A DNA stretch of 64,000 nt from an uncultured Hyphomicrobiales bacterium (GTDB lineage Bacteria > Bacteroidota > Ignavibacteria > Kapaibacteriales > Kapaibacteriaceae): positions 1,867-65,866 of the forward strand of contig CAYXQJ010000006.1 in NCBI GenBank assembly GCA_964467455.1, given 5' to 3'. Positions 36,550 to 45,827 of this stretch are shown one piece after another. How positions within the stretch are numbered: the first letter of the stretch is position 1; every line of letters starts with the position of its first letter. A program made the translations under genes and the position numbers. Below the pieces are notes generated by a model, which had not been told where the DNA came from, did not search any database, and worked only from the letters and a program-made list of their open reading frames with translations.

Positions 36550-39102
36550 TCAGGAGACGATGAAGTTGACGAGCTTGCCGGGCACGATGACCTTCTTACG
36601 AATGGTCTTGCCTTCGATGTTGCGTTGGATCGATTCGTCCTGCAATGCCAACTGCTCCATCACTTCTTCCGTGGCATCGGCCGGTACCTTGATCTTGCCG
36701 CGGATCTTGGAATTGATCTGCAAGACGATCTCGATTTCCGACTCGACAAGCTTTGCCGGATCGAAGGCAGGGAAGGACGACAGATGTACCGATGTCGTGT
36801 GTCCCAAACGCTGCCACAATTCTTCTGTGATATGTGGTGCGAAGGGGGCGAGACACTGTAAGAATTGTTCCATCGCCTGCTTCGGACGTACGTCGGCCGA
36901 CGTGAACTCGTTGACGAAGATCATGAACTGGGCGATCGACGTATTGAAGCTCAGTGCATCGATATCCTCCGATGTCTTCTTGATGGTTGCGTGCAACACA
37001 CGGTCTTGTTCCGGTGTACACGGTACATCTTGCACCGACGGATGTAATGTGCCGTCTTCGGTGACGATCAGTCGCCACACACGATCAAGAAAACGCGAGA
37101 TGCCTTCAATGCCCTTGGTGTTCCATGGCTTGGATGCTTCGAGCGGACCGAGGAACATCTCGTACAGTCGAAGTGCGTCGGCACCAAACTCGTTGACGAT
37201 CGTGTCGGGGTTGATGGAGTTGCCCAACGACTTCGACATCTTGCGTCCGTCTTCACCCAGGATCAACCCTTGATGGAACAAGCGCTTCACCGGCTCTGAC
37301 GTAGAGACGTGGCCGAGGTCGAAGAGCACCTTGTGCCAGAAACGGGCATACAACAGGTGCAACACAGCATGTTCGGCACCACCGATGTAGAGGTCGACGC
37401 CGTGATCGCCCATCCAATAGCGTTCGGCTTCTTCACTGGCGAAACGATCTTCGTGCTTCGGATCACAATACCGCAGGAAGTACCAACACGAACCGGCCCA
37501 CTGCGGCATGGTATTCGTTTCAAGACGTGCACGTTTGCCCGTCTTCTTGTCTACAAAGTCCATCCACTCCGGCACCGTCGCTAATGCTGATTCAATGGTG
37601 CCCTTTGGATTGAAGTCTGTCACTTCCGGCAACATCAGCGGAAGCTCGTCAAGATCGAGCGATCGCTTCGTGCCATCGGTGAAATACATCACCGGGATCG
37701 GCTCGCCCCAATACCGTTGACGTGAGAACAACCAATCGCGGAGTTTGAATTGAATGCGTGAACGTCCGATGCCTGAGCGCTCCAACCACGCAATGATGGC
37801 CTTCTTGGCTTCGGCCGTGGTGAGTCCGTTCAACGACACTTCATCGTTGGCTGAGTTGACACCGTAGCCTTCATCAGTGAAGCACGACGTCACGGGCTCG
37901 TTGGCATCGGCTTGTGCATCGGCCGCGACCACGCGTACGATCGGTAGGTGGAACTTCTGTGCGAATTCAAAATCGCGTTGGTCATGTCCGGGCACAGCCA
38001 TGATAGCACCCGTGCCGTAGTGCGCAAGCACATAGTCCGACACCCAGATCGGGATGTGTTGTCCTGTTGCCGGGTTGATCGCAAAGGCCCCTGTCGGCAC
38101 ACCGGTCTTGGTCTTCGCTAACTCAGTACGTTCAAGATCGCTCTTGCGGGCCGCAGCATTGCGGTATTCGGTGATGGTGATGTGTTGTTCTTCGGTGACG
38201 ATCTTCTCCACCAACCGATGTTCCGGTGCAAGGATGATGTACGTGGCACCAAAGACGGTGTCGGGACGCGTTGTGAACACATCGATCTTCTCGTCATAGC
38301 CAACGATGGGGAACGACATCTCCGCCCCTTCGCTGCGGCCGATCCAATGTCGTTGCATCTCCACGGTCGACTGCGGCCACTGCAGCTGATCAAGATCATC
38401 CAACAAGCGTTGTGCATAGGCCGTGATGCGCAACATCCACTGTCGCATCGGACGACGTTCAACCGTATATCCTTTGCCAACCCATTCATCCACTTCTTCA
38501 TTGGCCAACACCGTGCCCAGTGCCTCGCACCAGTTCACGGGAATGTTGGCGATATAGGCCAGACGATATCCATCCACATAACGCTCTCGTTCCAGCACAT
38601 CGGTGATGTGTGCCGGTATCGGAAGTTCTGAGATGGGGCGAGCACGATCCACATCGGCATCATACCACGAATTGTAGATCTGCAGGAACATCCACTGCGT
38701 CCACTTCATGTAGCCCGGATCGGTGGTGTTCACCATGCGCGACCAATCGAAGTCGAAGCCGATCATGTTCAACTGTCGCGTGAACGTGGCCACGTTCCGC
38801 TCCGTGATGATCATCGGATGGATGTTCTCCACCATGGCCTGACGTTCCGTCGGCAGACCGAAGGCATCAAAGCCCATGGGGTGCAGCACGTTGTAGCCGC
38901 ACATGCGCTTGTAGCGGCTCACGATGTCCGTGGCCGTATAACCCTCCGGGTGGCCGATGTGGAGCCCCGTGCCAGAAGGATACGGGAACATGTCCAAGAT
39001 ATAGTACTTCGGCAAGGACCGGTCGTCAGAAACACGATAGGTCTTCTGCTCCTGCCAGCGTTGTTGCCAGGCAGGCTCGATGTCGCGAAACGGATAGTGC
39101 AT
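36550..39102 (-). CDS. leuS: Leucine--tRNA ligase
   Basis: Start moved to ATG 39102 (MHYPFRDIEPAWQQRWQEQKTY). HIGH (PSGTGLHIGHP) and KMSKS (RKMSKSLGN) motifs. The track's 60-codon extension is translated repeat array. Confidence 0.95.
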   Translation of the reverse strand: MHYPFRDIEPAWQQRWQEQKTYRVSDDRSLPKYYILDMFPYPSGTGLHIGHPEGYTATDIVSRYKRMCGYNVLHPMGFDAFGLPTERQAMVENIHPMIITERNVATFTRQLNMIGFDFDWSRMVNTTDPGYMKWTQWMFLQIYNSWYDADVDRARPISELPIPAHITDVLERERYVDGYRLAYIANIPVNWCEALGTVLANEEVDEWVGKGYTVERRPMRQWMLRITAYAQRLLDDLDQLQWPQSTVEMQRHWIGRSEGAEMSFPIVGYDEKIDVFTTRPDTVFGATYIILAPEHRLVEKIVTEEQHITITEYRNAAARKSDLERTELAKTKTGVPTGAFAINPATGQHIPIWVSDYVLAHYGTGAIMAVPGHDQRDFEFAQKFHLPIVRVVAADAQADANEPVTSCFTDEGYGVNSANDEVSLNGLTTAEAKKAIIAWLERSGIGRSRIQFKLRDWLFSRQRYWGEPIPVMYFTDGTKRSLDLDELPLMLPEVTDFNPKGTIESALATVPEWMDFVDKKTGKRARLETNTMPQWAGSCWYFLRYCDPKHEDRFASEEAERYWMGDHGVDLYIGGAEHAVLHLLYARFWHKVLFDLGHVSTSEPVKRLFHQGLILGEDGRKMSKSLGNSINPDTIVNEFGADALRLYEMFLGPLEASKPWNTKGIEGISRFLDRVWRLIVTEDGTLHPSVQDVPCTPEQDRVLHATIKKTSEDIDALSFNTSIAQFMIFVNEFTSADVRPKQAMEQFLQCLAPFAPHITEELWQRLGHTTSVHLSSFPAFDPAKLVESEIEIVLQINSKIRGKIKVPADATEEVMEQLALQDESIQRNIEGKTIRKKVIVPGKLVNFIVS

Positions 39103-39119
39103 GTGCAAAAATACAGGAT

Positions 39120-39188
39120 GCAAGGGTGCAAGGGTGCAAGGGTGCAAGGGTGCAAGGTACCTTCCACCCTTCCACCCTTTCACCCTTG
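39120..39188. repeat. Inverted pair of GGGTG(C/A/G)AA octamer arrays (long imperfect hairpin / G4 motif)
   Basis: (GCAAGGGT)x4 GCAAGG-ta-CCTTCCACCCTTCCACCCTTTCACCCTTG. 26 of 29 arm positions are complementary. Confidence 0.95.
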
Positions 39189-39190
39189 AC

Positions 39191-39568
39191 TTACCCTTCA
39201 ATGACTGCAAAAACGGCACCGGCAGGGTCTTTGATGACGGCGAACTGTTTGCCGCCGGCAGATCGTGGGCCGGTGACCACATCGCCCCCTAACCGAATGG
39301 CGTGGTCGATGGCATCTTTGACGCTGGGGACGCTGATGTAGATCATCCACTGCGGCGGCATATCGGCGTTGGAGCCGCGGGCGTGACAGATGCCGGTGGC
39401 GCCGGACATGTCGCCGGGTTCGGTGCCGGGGACGAGCATGACGTAGTCGTCGTAGCCCTTCATGTCGATAGGCGAAGACTCCCAGCCCACAACATGACTA
39501 TAGAAATCGCGGACCTCCGTAGCATTGTCTACGGTGAGGTCGTGCCAAAGGATCTTGCCATGTGACAT
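39191..39568 (-). CDS. VOC (glyoxalase/bleomycin-resistance) family protein
   Basis: MSHGKILWHDLTVDNATEVRDFYSHVVGW, a typical VOC N-terminus. ATG 39568 preferred over TTG 39574. Confidence 0.75.
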   Translation of the reverse strand: MSHGKILWHDLTVDNATEVRDFYSHVVGWESSPIDMKGYDDYVMLVPGTEPGDMSGATGICHARGSNADMPPQWMIYISVPSVKDAIDHAIRLGGDVVTGPRSAGGKQFAVIKDPAGAVFAVIEG

Positions 39569-39588
39569 TATCAACTCCGAGGAATGTT

Positions 39589-40560
39589 GTGAAGTACGTA
39601 CAGTTAGGACGAACAGGCGTAAAAGTATCGCAGTTATGTCTGGGAACCATGAACTTCGGCTATTGGCAAGACGAGCCGACGTCGTTCCAGATCATGGACC
39701 GAGCATTGGAGCACGGCATCAACTTCTTCGACACCGCCAATGTCTACGGCTATGATAAGGGGAAGGGGGCGACGGAAGAGATCATCGGACGGTGGCTCGA
39801 GCAGGGCGGACGTCGCGACAAGATCGTCCTTGCCACCAAGGTCTACGGCGTGATGGCCGACGGTGTGAACGACCGCGGCTGTTCGGCCTATCATATCAAG
39901 AAGGCCTGTGAAGATTCGCTGCGTCGGATGAAGACCGACCACATCGATCTGTATCAGATGCACCACATCGACCGCAACACACCGTGGGAAGAAGTGTGGC
40001 AGGCGATGGAGCAACTCGTGCGTGAAGGAAAGATCCTCTACGTGGGTTCATCGAACTTTGCGGCGTGGAACATGGCGATGGCCAATGAGCGTGCGTCGCA
40101 GCGTCACTTCCTTGGCTTGGTGAGCGAGCAGAGCGTGTATTCACTTCGCAACCGTCACATCGAACTGGAAGTGATCCCCGCCGCCAAGGCCTATGGAATG
40201 GCCATGATCCCGTGGAGTCCGTTGGCAGGGGGCTTGTTGTGCGGTATTTTCAGTGAAGAGAAAGACACGCTGCGACGGAAGCGTCCGCAGTTGTTGGAAT
40301 CTGCCGAGAAGCTGCGTCCGCAGATCGAGGCCTATGAACAGCTCTGTCGCGACCTTGGCATTGACTATGCCGACGTGGCCCTGGCATGGGTCCTGCAGCG
40401 TGACGGGGTGACGAGTCCGATCATCGGTCCGCGCACCATGGCACAACTTGACGCAAATGTGGCTACATTGGACATCAGGTTTTCCGATGAAACACTCAAA
40501 CGACTCGACGAGATCTGGCCAGGACCTGGAAATCAGGCCCCGGAAGCCTATGCATGGTAG
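39589..40560 (+). CDS. Aldo/keto reductase
   Basis: (M)KYVQLGRTGVKVSQLCLGTMNFG..FFDTANVYG..LYQMHHID. GTG 39589 preferred over GTG 39562, which would overlap the VOC gene. Confidence 0.8.
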   Translation: MKYVQLGRTGVKVSQLCLGTMNFGYWQDEPTSFQIMDRALEHGINFFDTANVYGYDKGKGATEEIIGRWLEQGGRRDKIVLATKVYGVMADGVNDRGCSAYHIKKACEDSLRRMKTDHIDLYQMHHIDRNTPWEEVWQAMEQLVREGKILYVGSSNFAAWNMAMANERASQRHFLGLVSEQSVYSLRNRHIELEVIPAAKAYGMAMIPWSPLAGGLLCGIFSEEKDTLRRKRPQLLESAEKLRPQIEAYEQLCRDLGIDYADVALAWVLQRDGVTSPIIGPRTMAQLDANVATLDIRFSDETLKRLDEIWPGPGNQAPEAYAW

Positions 40561-43246
40561 ACTGATCCTCCTATTGGCGTTTGCGCTGTGGACATCGGTT
40601 GCCACGGCGCAAATGCTAAAGTATGACTGGGTTCGGACCATTCCCTCCGGTGCGGTCGTGTCGTCTGATGGATCACGGATCGCAGCCGGTACCGTTTCCA
40701 CTGAGGGGATCTTTACGATCAGGATCTTCGATGGTCGAACGGGCTATCCGTTAGACACCGTTGTGATCGACTACACCACCACGCCGAAGGAATACCGCGC
40801 TGGTGTCACGTTCGTAGACTCGACCTTGGTAGGACTCATCTTGAAGGATGGTGAAGAGTTTCGGTTGGTCACATACAACGAACGTCAACAGATATTCGAT
40901 ACGCTCCAAGCGAATCTGTATCACACGGTATCGTACAACGAGCCGGATATCTATCGCGAACTGTACGTCAATCGCCTCGAAGGTGAATTCCCCAAAGGTG
41001 TCGTAACGCTCAATTTTGGGATCATGCGTGCTAACACGTACTATGGTTCGATCAAGAATACAGGGGCCACGGTCTATATCGACATCCACAAGGACTCGTC
41101 GTGGCTCGGTGAAGTAGGGAGATTGACGTCACGATCACCGTCAGGTGACCGCACGCGCATGTTGGCGACCTACTATGAGTACAATCGATCCGGTGGTGGA
41201 GGGAGATTCCATGTAACGGAGTACAACGATGTTAACCTCTACGAAGGTGAAAAGAATACCCTGATCAGTACGACGAAGTTGCCAAGAACCGATGAGACTT
41301 TTGGGGTCGCTACGGTGATGGGCAGGTCACAGACCATCATTTCCGGTTGTAAAGTATGGTTGGGTCTGATAAGGGACAGCATTGAATTGTCGTGGGGTCG
41401 CATCGAGAACGTGCCCTGTGAATCGGGGGTCTCGCTATCCGGAGATTCGAAGGTCGTTGCTGTCCGCAGAAATCTGGACAAGAAGCGATTTGAGCTTGTT
41501 GCCGCCGACATCTACACGAAGCAACTGGAAGTTGTCGACTCCTGGTCATCGACATTCCAGCCCAGGGTGATGATGGCGTCGAGCAGCGCAAGAGCGGTCT
41601 ACGTCGCCACGGATTCGAATACCGTACGACGGTATGTCTTCCATCCCTTGCATCAGCCAAGCTACACCGAGTGGGTTGACTTGACGATGAAGGATACGGT
41701 GAAACGCTTCGAAACGGTCAACTTCAGCGGCATCGCAGCAACGCAGTCGAAGTTCAGATTAGACAGCATCAAGTCGTCTGGAGGCACCTTCAAGTTCAGC
41801 AGTAATGCCCATTCGATCTCGGGTACCTTCTTTGCCACGACTCCCGGTATGCACGATGTTGAGATGTGGTGTACCACGGAGCTGGACTCCGTCACGCCGA
41901 TCTATCACAAAGGCAAGGTCTACGTCAAAGACTTCAACGGCGCGTCCTGTTCGTTCAAGACGAACTTTCTGTTGCAAAACGTCCTGGTTGGACAGGGAAA
42001 GATCATTGTATCGCCCGGTACGTCCCGTGGTACATCGTACGTCGGCGATCTCGACTCTCTGATCGCTCAGAACAGATTTGTACCGGATACCACATCCTTG
42101 CTCTCGTCTGGTGTTGTATTCTACGCCGACGAACAGCGCTTTGTGCAGGCATTGTACTGCGGTGACCAGATCGGTCGAGATCCATGTTTAGACCTGATCG
42201 AAGTTGATATGTCGACAAATGACACGACCAAGATCGCCCGAATAGACTACGGGTGGACGAATGGCTGGCACTCAGGCACGATCGCCGCCGATGGCTTCTA
42301 TGTGCAGTATGCAGAGCTGCCGGGCACCGATGTCAGAGTAGTTGGTATTGGCCCCAAGTACTATATGTGGGGGTTAGAGAACACTCCGTATGAACAGGTG
42401 TACTGGGATCAAAGGGGTGAAAGACTGAAGAGGGGTGAAGCCCAGATCTACGTATTGAATTCGAAGTATCAAGTATTTGAGCAGAAAAGTCCAAAGGTGG
42501 CGAACTCGATCGACATCTATCCTGGTAGCAACATTTTGCTAACGATGGAGAAGTCGCGTAGCCAATACAATAGCCTTGTAACTGCTGCACTCGAGACGAT
42601 AGATCCGGTGACACTAGAGTTCAAGACCGAGCATGAATTCTATGTCCCGAATCTTACCGACGCGATCCGTTGTGCTGATTCGATGTACATGACACCAAGG
42701 GGCATTTCCAGACTGAGTCCGACCGCAGAGTTGATCAGCATCGTATCGTTCCCTAGATGGGATGGTAAAGACATTGTCCGGATCAACAATACGATGTCGG
42801 GTCTCATCCATAATAACTCTGATACTGTCGCTACGATCTACAATCACTTCACCGGTGAGGTCCTCCAGCGCCTCGGTGCAACCCATGGTCTACCGAGAAC
42901 CGGGGCCTACTCGCCGGAACACCGTATGTTCTTTGTTGGCTCTGATTCCGGTGTTGTGACGGGCTATGACATCACCAGGGTTGTCAGTGTTGCGGATGAA
43001 ACTTCTTCAACCATCTCCCGGATCGCGGCACGGTACCACGGCGGCTCCATCACGATCGATCTGGGTCTGCCGATCGACGAGGTCGTCATCTATTCGATCA
43101 CCGGCGAGCGCATGTTCTCTTCAACGTTACAGGATCGCCCCCTTCAAACAGCTGTAACGGGTGCGTCGTGGTCGAGTGGCGCTTACGTAGTGCGCGTGCG
43201 CTCAGGACAACGATGGGGGACGGCGAACGTGGCAGTTGTTCGTTGA
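40550..43246 (+). CDS. Large hypothetical secreted protein with T9SS-CTD-like tail
   Basis: Start moved to ATG 40550 (MHGRLILLLAFALWTSVATAQ), overlapping the AKR stop. Tail ITIDLGLPIDEVVIYSITGERMF..GAYVVRVRSG. Looks AT-richer than neighbours by eye. Confidence 0.6.
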   Translation: MHGRLILLLAFALWTSVATAQMLKYDWVRTIPSGAVVSSDGSRIAAGTVSTEGIFTIRIFDGRTGYPLDTVVIDYTTTPKEYRAGVTFVDSTLVGLILKDGEEFRLVTYNERQQIFDTLQANLYHTVSYNEPDIYRELYVNRLEGEFPKGVVTLNFGIMRANTYYGSIKNTGATVYIDIHKDSSWLGEVGRLTSRSPSGDRTRMLATYYEYNRSGGGGRFHVTEYNDVNLYEGEKNTLISTTKLPRTDETFGVATVMGRSQTIISGCKVWLGLIRDSIELSWGRIENVPCESGVSLSGDSKVVAVRRNLDKKRFELVAADIYTKQLEVVDSWSSTFQPRVMMASSSARAVYVATDSNTVRRYVFHPLHQPSYTEWVDLTMKDTVKRFETVNFSGIAATQSKFRLDSIKSSGGTFKFSSNAHSISGTFFATTPGMHDVEMWCTTELDSVTPIYHKGKVYVKDFNGASCSFKTNFLLQNVLVGQGKIIVSPGTSRGTSYVGDLDSLIAQNRFVPDTTSLLSSGVVFYADEQRFVQALYCGDQIGRDPCLDLIEVDMSTNDTTKIARIDYGWTNGWHSGTIAADGFYVQYAELPGTDVRVVGIGPKYYMWGLENTPYEQVYWDQRGERLKRGEAQIYVLNSKYQVFEQKSPKVANSIDIYPGSNILLTMEKSRSQYNSLVTAALETIDPVTLEFKTEHEFYVPNLTDAIRCADSMYMTPRGISRLSPTAELISIVSFPRWDGKDIVRINNTMSGLIHNNSDTVATIYNHFTGEVLQRLGATHGLPRTGAYSPEHRMFFVGSDSGVVTGYDITRVVSVADETSSTISRIAARYHGGSITIDLGLPIDEVVIYSITGERMFSSTLQDRPLQTAVTGASWSSGAYVVRVRSGQRWGTANVAVVR

Positions 43247-43255
43247 TCGAAGTGA

Positions 43256-44794
43256 TCAGATCCGAATGCGCGCCAATCCAATGACCAACGACATCACCGG
43301 AGAGTCTTCGGTGAGATACGTCACGATGTCGCGCGACTGAAATCCGAGTTCCCATACTCCATTGAAGAGCGAGAAGGTGGCGGCGATCGGCATCGTAAAG
43401 CCCATGTCGCCGCCGCCGGCGATGCCTGCGCCAACACGTAGCCAGGGGAGCGGACGCCAGTCAGCGCCGGCACTGATCAGGGGCTCGCCTAGGGCGCCCG
43501 CGGCCTGATTGAAGGGGAAGACGGCGTCGACGCCGAAGCGCCACTTGCTGTTCCACTCATAAGCAGCGCCGACACGAAAGCGCGACGGTAGATCCGATGG
43601 TGCAGCTTCGAGTCCTTCCCACTTGAAGTAGTTGCCTTCGCCGGTGATCTTCTGCGCTTCTTCGAAGATGTTGTACGAGTCAAAACCGGTCGACGACATG
43701 CCGTTGAGGATGGTGTCTTTGGCGTTGAAGACGTTGCCGTCCCATTCGATCTGGCCGATGTCGACAACGCTCATGCCGATGGACAACTTCTCATAGGCGA
43801 ACGTCACACCAAGATCGAATCCGAACCCATCACCGACGGGTACGAACTCATTGCCGGGTATGAACGACGGCGTTGTGGCCTTGCCATACGTGACACCAAG
43901 GATGGGACTTACGGCTGATCGCGCCGAGAGTGCACCACCTTCTACGAAGGCGTCGATGTAGGCATAGCCCATCAAGTACTTGACCGTAGCACCGACGTAG
44001 ACGCGGGCTTCTTGATTCTTGTAGACCTCAATGCCGTAGCTCAAACTCAGATCGCGAAACCACAGCGTGGAGAGTCGTGTGCCGTCGAACAACTCCGAAT
44101 ACGACTGTGGATTCGTCGAGTAGCCGACAGTATCACCGGCCCAGTTCACGGCAACAGAATCAAAGTAGTCGTAGTACCGCCCTTCGAAGGCCAGCTTCGA
44201 TGCCCCTTCGCTGAACACATACGTGCCGGCGATGCGCTCACGTACGGTGACGGCAATGCCGCCCCAGGACTGCGATTGATAGGCGGCACCAAGGATGAAC
44301 ACATCGACGTTGAAACGCACTCCTTTGTCGATGAAGGCCTGTGCTGCTTCGAGCTTATCTGCTTCGGTGAACGACCCCGACGATGTCTGCGTGATCATGT
44401 CAAGCAGACCTTGACGCCGAAGCGCATCACTGTGCAATGACACGCCCCCTTCCGCAATTGAGATCGACAGATCACGACGTCGGCGTTCAATGCCGCCACC
44501 CATGGGTGTGGCCAACTCATACAGATCCGTCTGCGGTACAAAGCCAAGGTTGGCAGGATTGATGCCGACACATTGATAGTCGGACACGATCGGCGTCAGA
44601 AAGGACGAATAGCCGATGCGCGCGAAGTCGCTGATCTCAGATTGAGAGAAAAGAGGAAAGGAAGAGACGAAGAATAACAATAGGGTGAAAGGGTGAAAGG
44701 GTGATAGCAGGGTGCAAGGGTGCAGGGGTGCAAGGAAATGAACCCCAGTCCTTTTGGATGTTGTGCGACTCAACCCTCTACCCTCAACCCTCAT
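43256..44794 (-). CDS. Putative outer-membrane beta-barrel protein (start uncertain)
   Basis: Alternating amphipathic strands with Gly/aromatic-rich composition. The N-terminal 40 codons (MRVEGRGLS..LAPLHPCTLLSPFHPFTLLLFF) are encoded by heptamer and octamer arrays. Confidence 0.55.
   Translation of the reverse strand: MRVEGRGLSRTTSKRTGVHFLAPLHPCTLLSPFHPFTLLLFFVSSFPLFSQSEISDFARIGYSSFLTPIVSDYQCVGINPANLGFVPQTDLYELATPMGGGIERRRRDLSISIAEGGVSLHSDALRRQGLLDMITQTSSGSFTEADKLEAAQAFIDKGVRFNVDVFILGAAYQSQSWGGIAVTVRERIAGTYVFSEGASKLAFEGRYYDYFDSVAVNWAGDTVGYSTNPQSYSELFDGTRLSTLWFRDLSLSYGIEVYKNQEARVYVGATVKYLMGYAYIDAFVEGGALSARSAVSPILGVTYGKATTPSFIPGNEFVPVGDGFGFDLGVTFAYEKLSIGMSVVDIGQIEWDGNVFNAKDTILNGMSSTGFDSYNIFEEAQKITGEGNYFKWEGLEAAPSDLPSRFRVGAAYEWNSKWRFGVDAVFPFNQAAGALGEPLISAGADWRPLPWLRVGAGIAGGGDMGFTMPIAATFSLFNGVWELGFQSRDIVTYLTEDSPVMSLVIGLARIRI
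44683..44735. repeat. GGGTG(A/C)AA octamer array (six G3+ tracts)
   Basis: GGGTGAAAGGGTGAAAGGGTGATAGCAGGGTGCAAGGGTGCAGGGGTGCAAGG. Confidence 0.9.
44769..44793. repeat. Heptamer array CTC(A/T)ACC x3.5, overlapping the ATG at 44794
   Basis: CTCAACC CTCTACC CTCAACC CTCA. Confidence 0.85.
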
Positions 44795-44797
44795 AGA

Positions 44798-45760
44798 CTA
44801 AAGTAGTGACTCGATCTGTTCTGCGATGCGCACTGCTTCCGCACCATCACGCAGGGTTACGGCCGCGTGAGAATTCGACCTAATACTGTTGATGAAGGAG
44901 CGTTGTTCCTCGAGGATGGCGTTTGATGCAACAACGTTAGGTTGATCCATCACGATCATGCGGTCGCCGTGTGACGTGGCAACGTTTGTGATCGGCAGCT
45001 GATGATCCGGTTCGAGATGTTGTTGTTCGATCAGGCGGAACATTTCTACGGAGCCTTCGCCGAGGTCCATCGACAGATAACTGTCGCGTTGGAAGATCCG
45101 CAGCTTGCGCATCGGTTTGATGGAGATCCGTGATGCCGTCAAGTTGGCTACGCAGCCATTCTCAAAGGTCAGTCGCGCGTTGCAGATATCCGGCGTCTCC
45201 GTCAACACTGCCACACCCGTTGCCTGCACATCCTTCACCGCCGACCCCGTCATCCACAGCAAGAGATCGATATCGTGGATCATCAGATCGTGCACCACAC
45301 TCACATCAATGGCCCGCGGCTTGAACGTCGCCAACCGATGTCCTTCGATGAACAGCGGCTCGATCTTGTAGGGGGCGAGCGATCGCACTGCAGGATTGAA
45401 TCGTTCTACATGTCCCACCTGCACCACAACGTCGAGGGCTGCGGCCTTGGCCATGAGCTCGACGGCCTCATCATACGTGGCCGTTACGGGCTTCTCGATG
45501 AACGTATGGAAGCCGCGTTCCAGACTGCGCAGGGCGATGGCATGGTGCAGCGACGTCGGCGCGGCGATCACCACGGCGTCCACGTCGGGCATCGCGTCGA
45601 GGTGCGGATACCATGTGGTACCGTATTGCTCGGCAACTGCTCGCCCCCTGACCTCATCGGGGTCGACGATGGCGGACAGTGTGACATCCTGATGTTCTTT
45701 CCATAGTTTGGCATGGATCGACCCTAGGTGGCCGGTGCCGATGACGGCGATGTTGAGCAT
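44798..45760 (-). CDS. Gfo/Idh/MocA family oxidoreductase
   Basis: Start moved to ATG 45760 (MLNIAVIGTGHLGSIHAKLW Rossmann motif). The track's 80-codon extension runs through the repeat array. Confidence 0.85.
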   Translation of the reverse strand: MLNIAVIGTGHLGSIHAKLWKEHQDVTLSAIVDPDEVRGRAVAEQYGTTWYPHLDAMPDVDAVVIAAPTSLHHAIALRSLERGFHTFIEKPVTATYDEAVELMAKAAALDVVVQVGHVERFNPAVRSLAPYKIEPLFIEGHRLATFKPRAIDVSVVHDLMIHDIDLLLWMTGSAVKDVQATGVAVLTETPDICNARLTFENGCVANLTASRISIKPMRKLRIFQRDSYLSMDLGEGSVEMFRLIEQQHLEPDHQLPITNVATSHGDRMIVMDQPNVVASNAILEEQRSFINSIRSNSHAAVTLRDGAEAVRIAEQIESLL

Positions 45761-45808
45761 GGTGGGTGGTGGGTGGTCAGTGGTTGGTGGTTGGTGGTCA
45801 GTGGTTGA
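45761..45808. repeat. GGTGGGT/GGTTGGT heptamer array abutting the oxidoreductase start codon
   Basis: GGTGGGTGGTGGGTGGTCAGTGGTTGGTGGTTGGTGGTCAGTGGTTGA. Confidence 0.9.
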
Positions 45809-45827
45809 ACAAAATTGCAAGGAAGTG

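Noticed and set aside
39103-39282. 60-codon N-terminal extension of leuS in the ORF track, with similar extensions at 28756-28797, 45761-46000 and 890-976
   Set aside because: The extensions are translations of repeat arrays or of the upstream gene's end. Conserved protein N-termini (MHYPFRDIEPAWQQRW, MDLVTFIG.., MLNIAVIGTG.., MQFQKALG..) start at internal ATGs.
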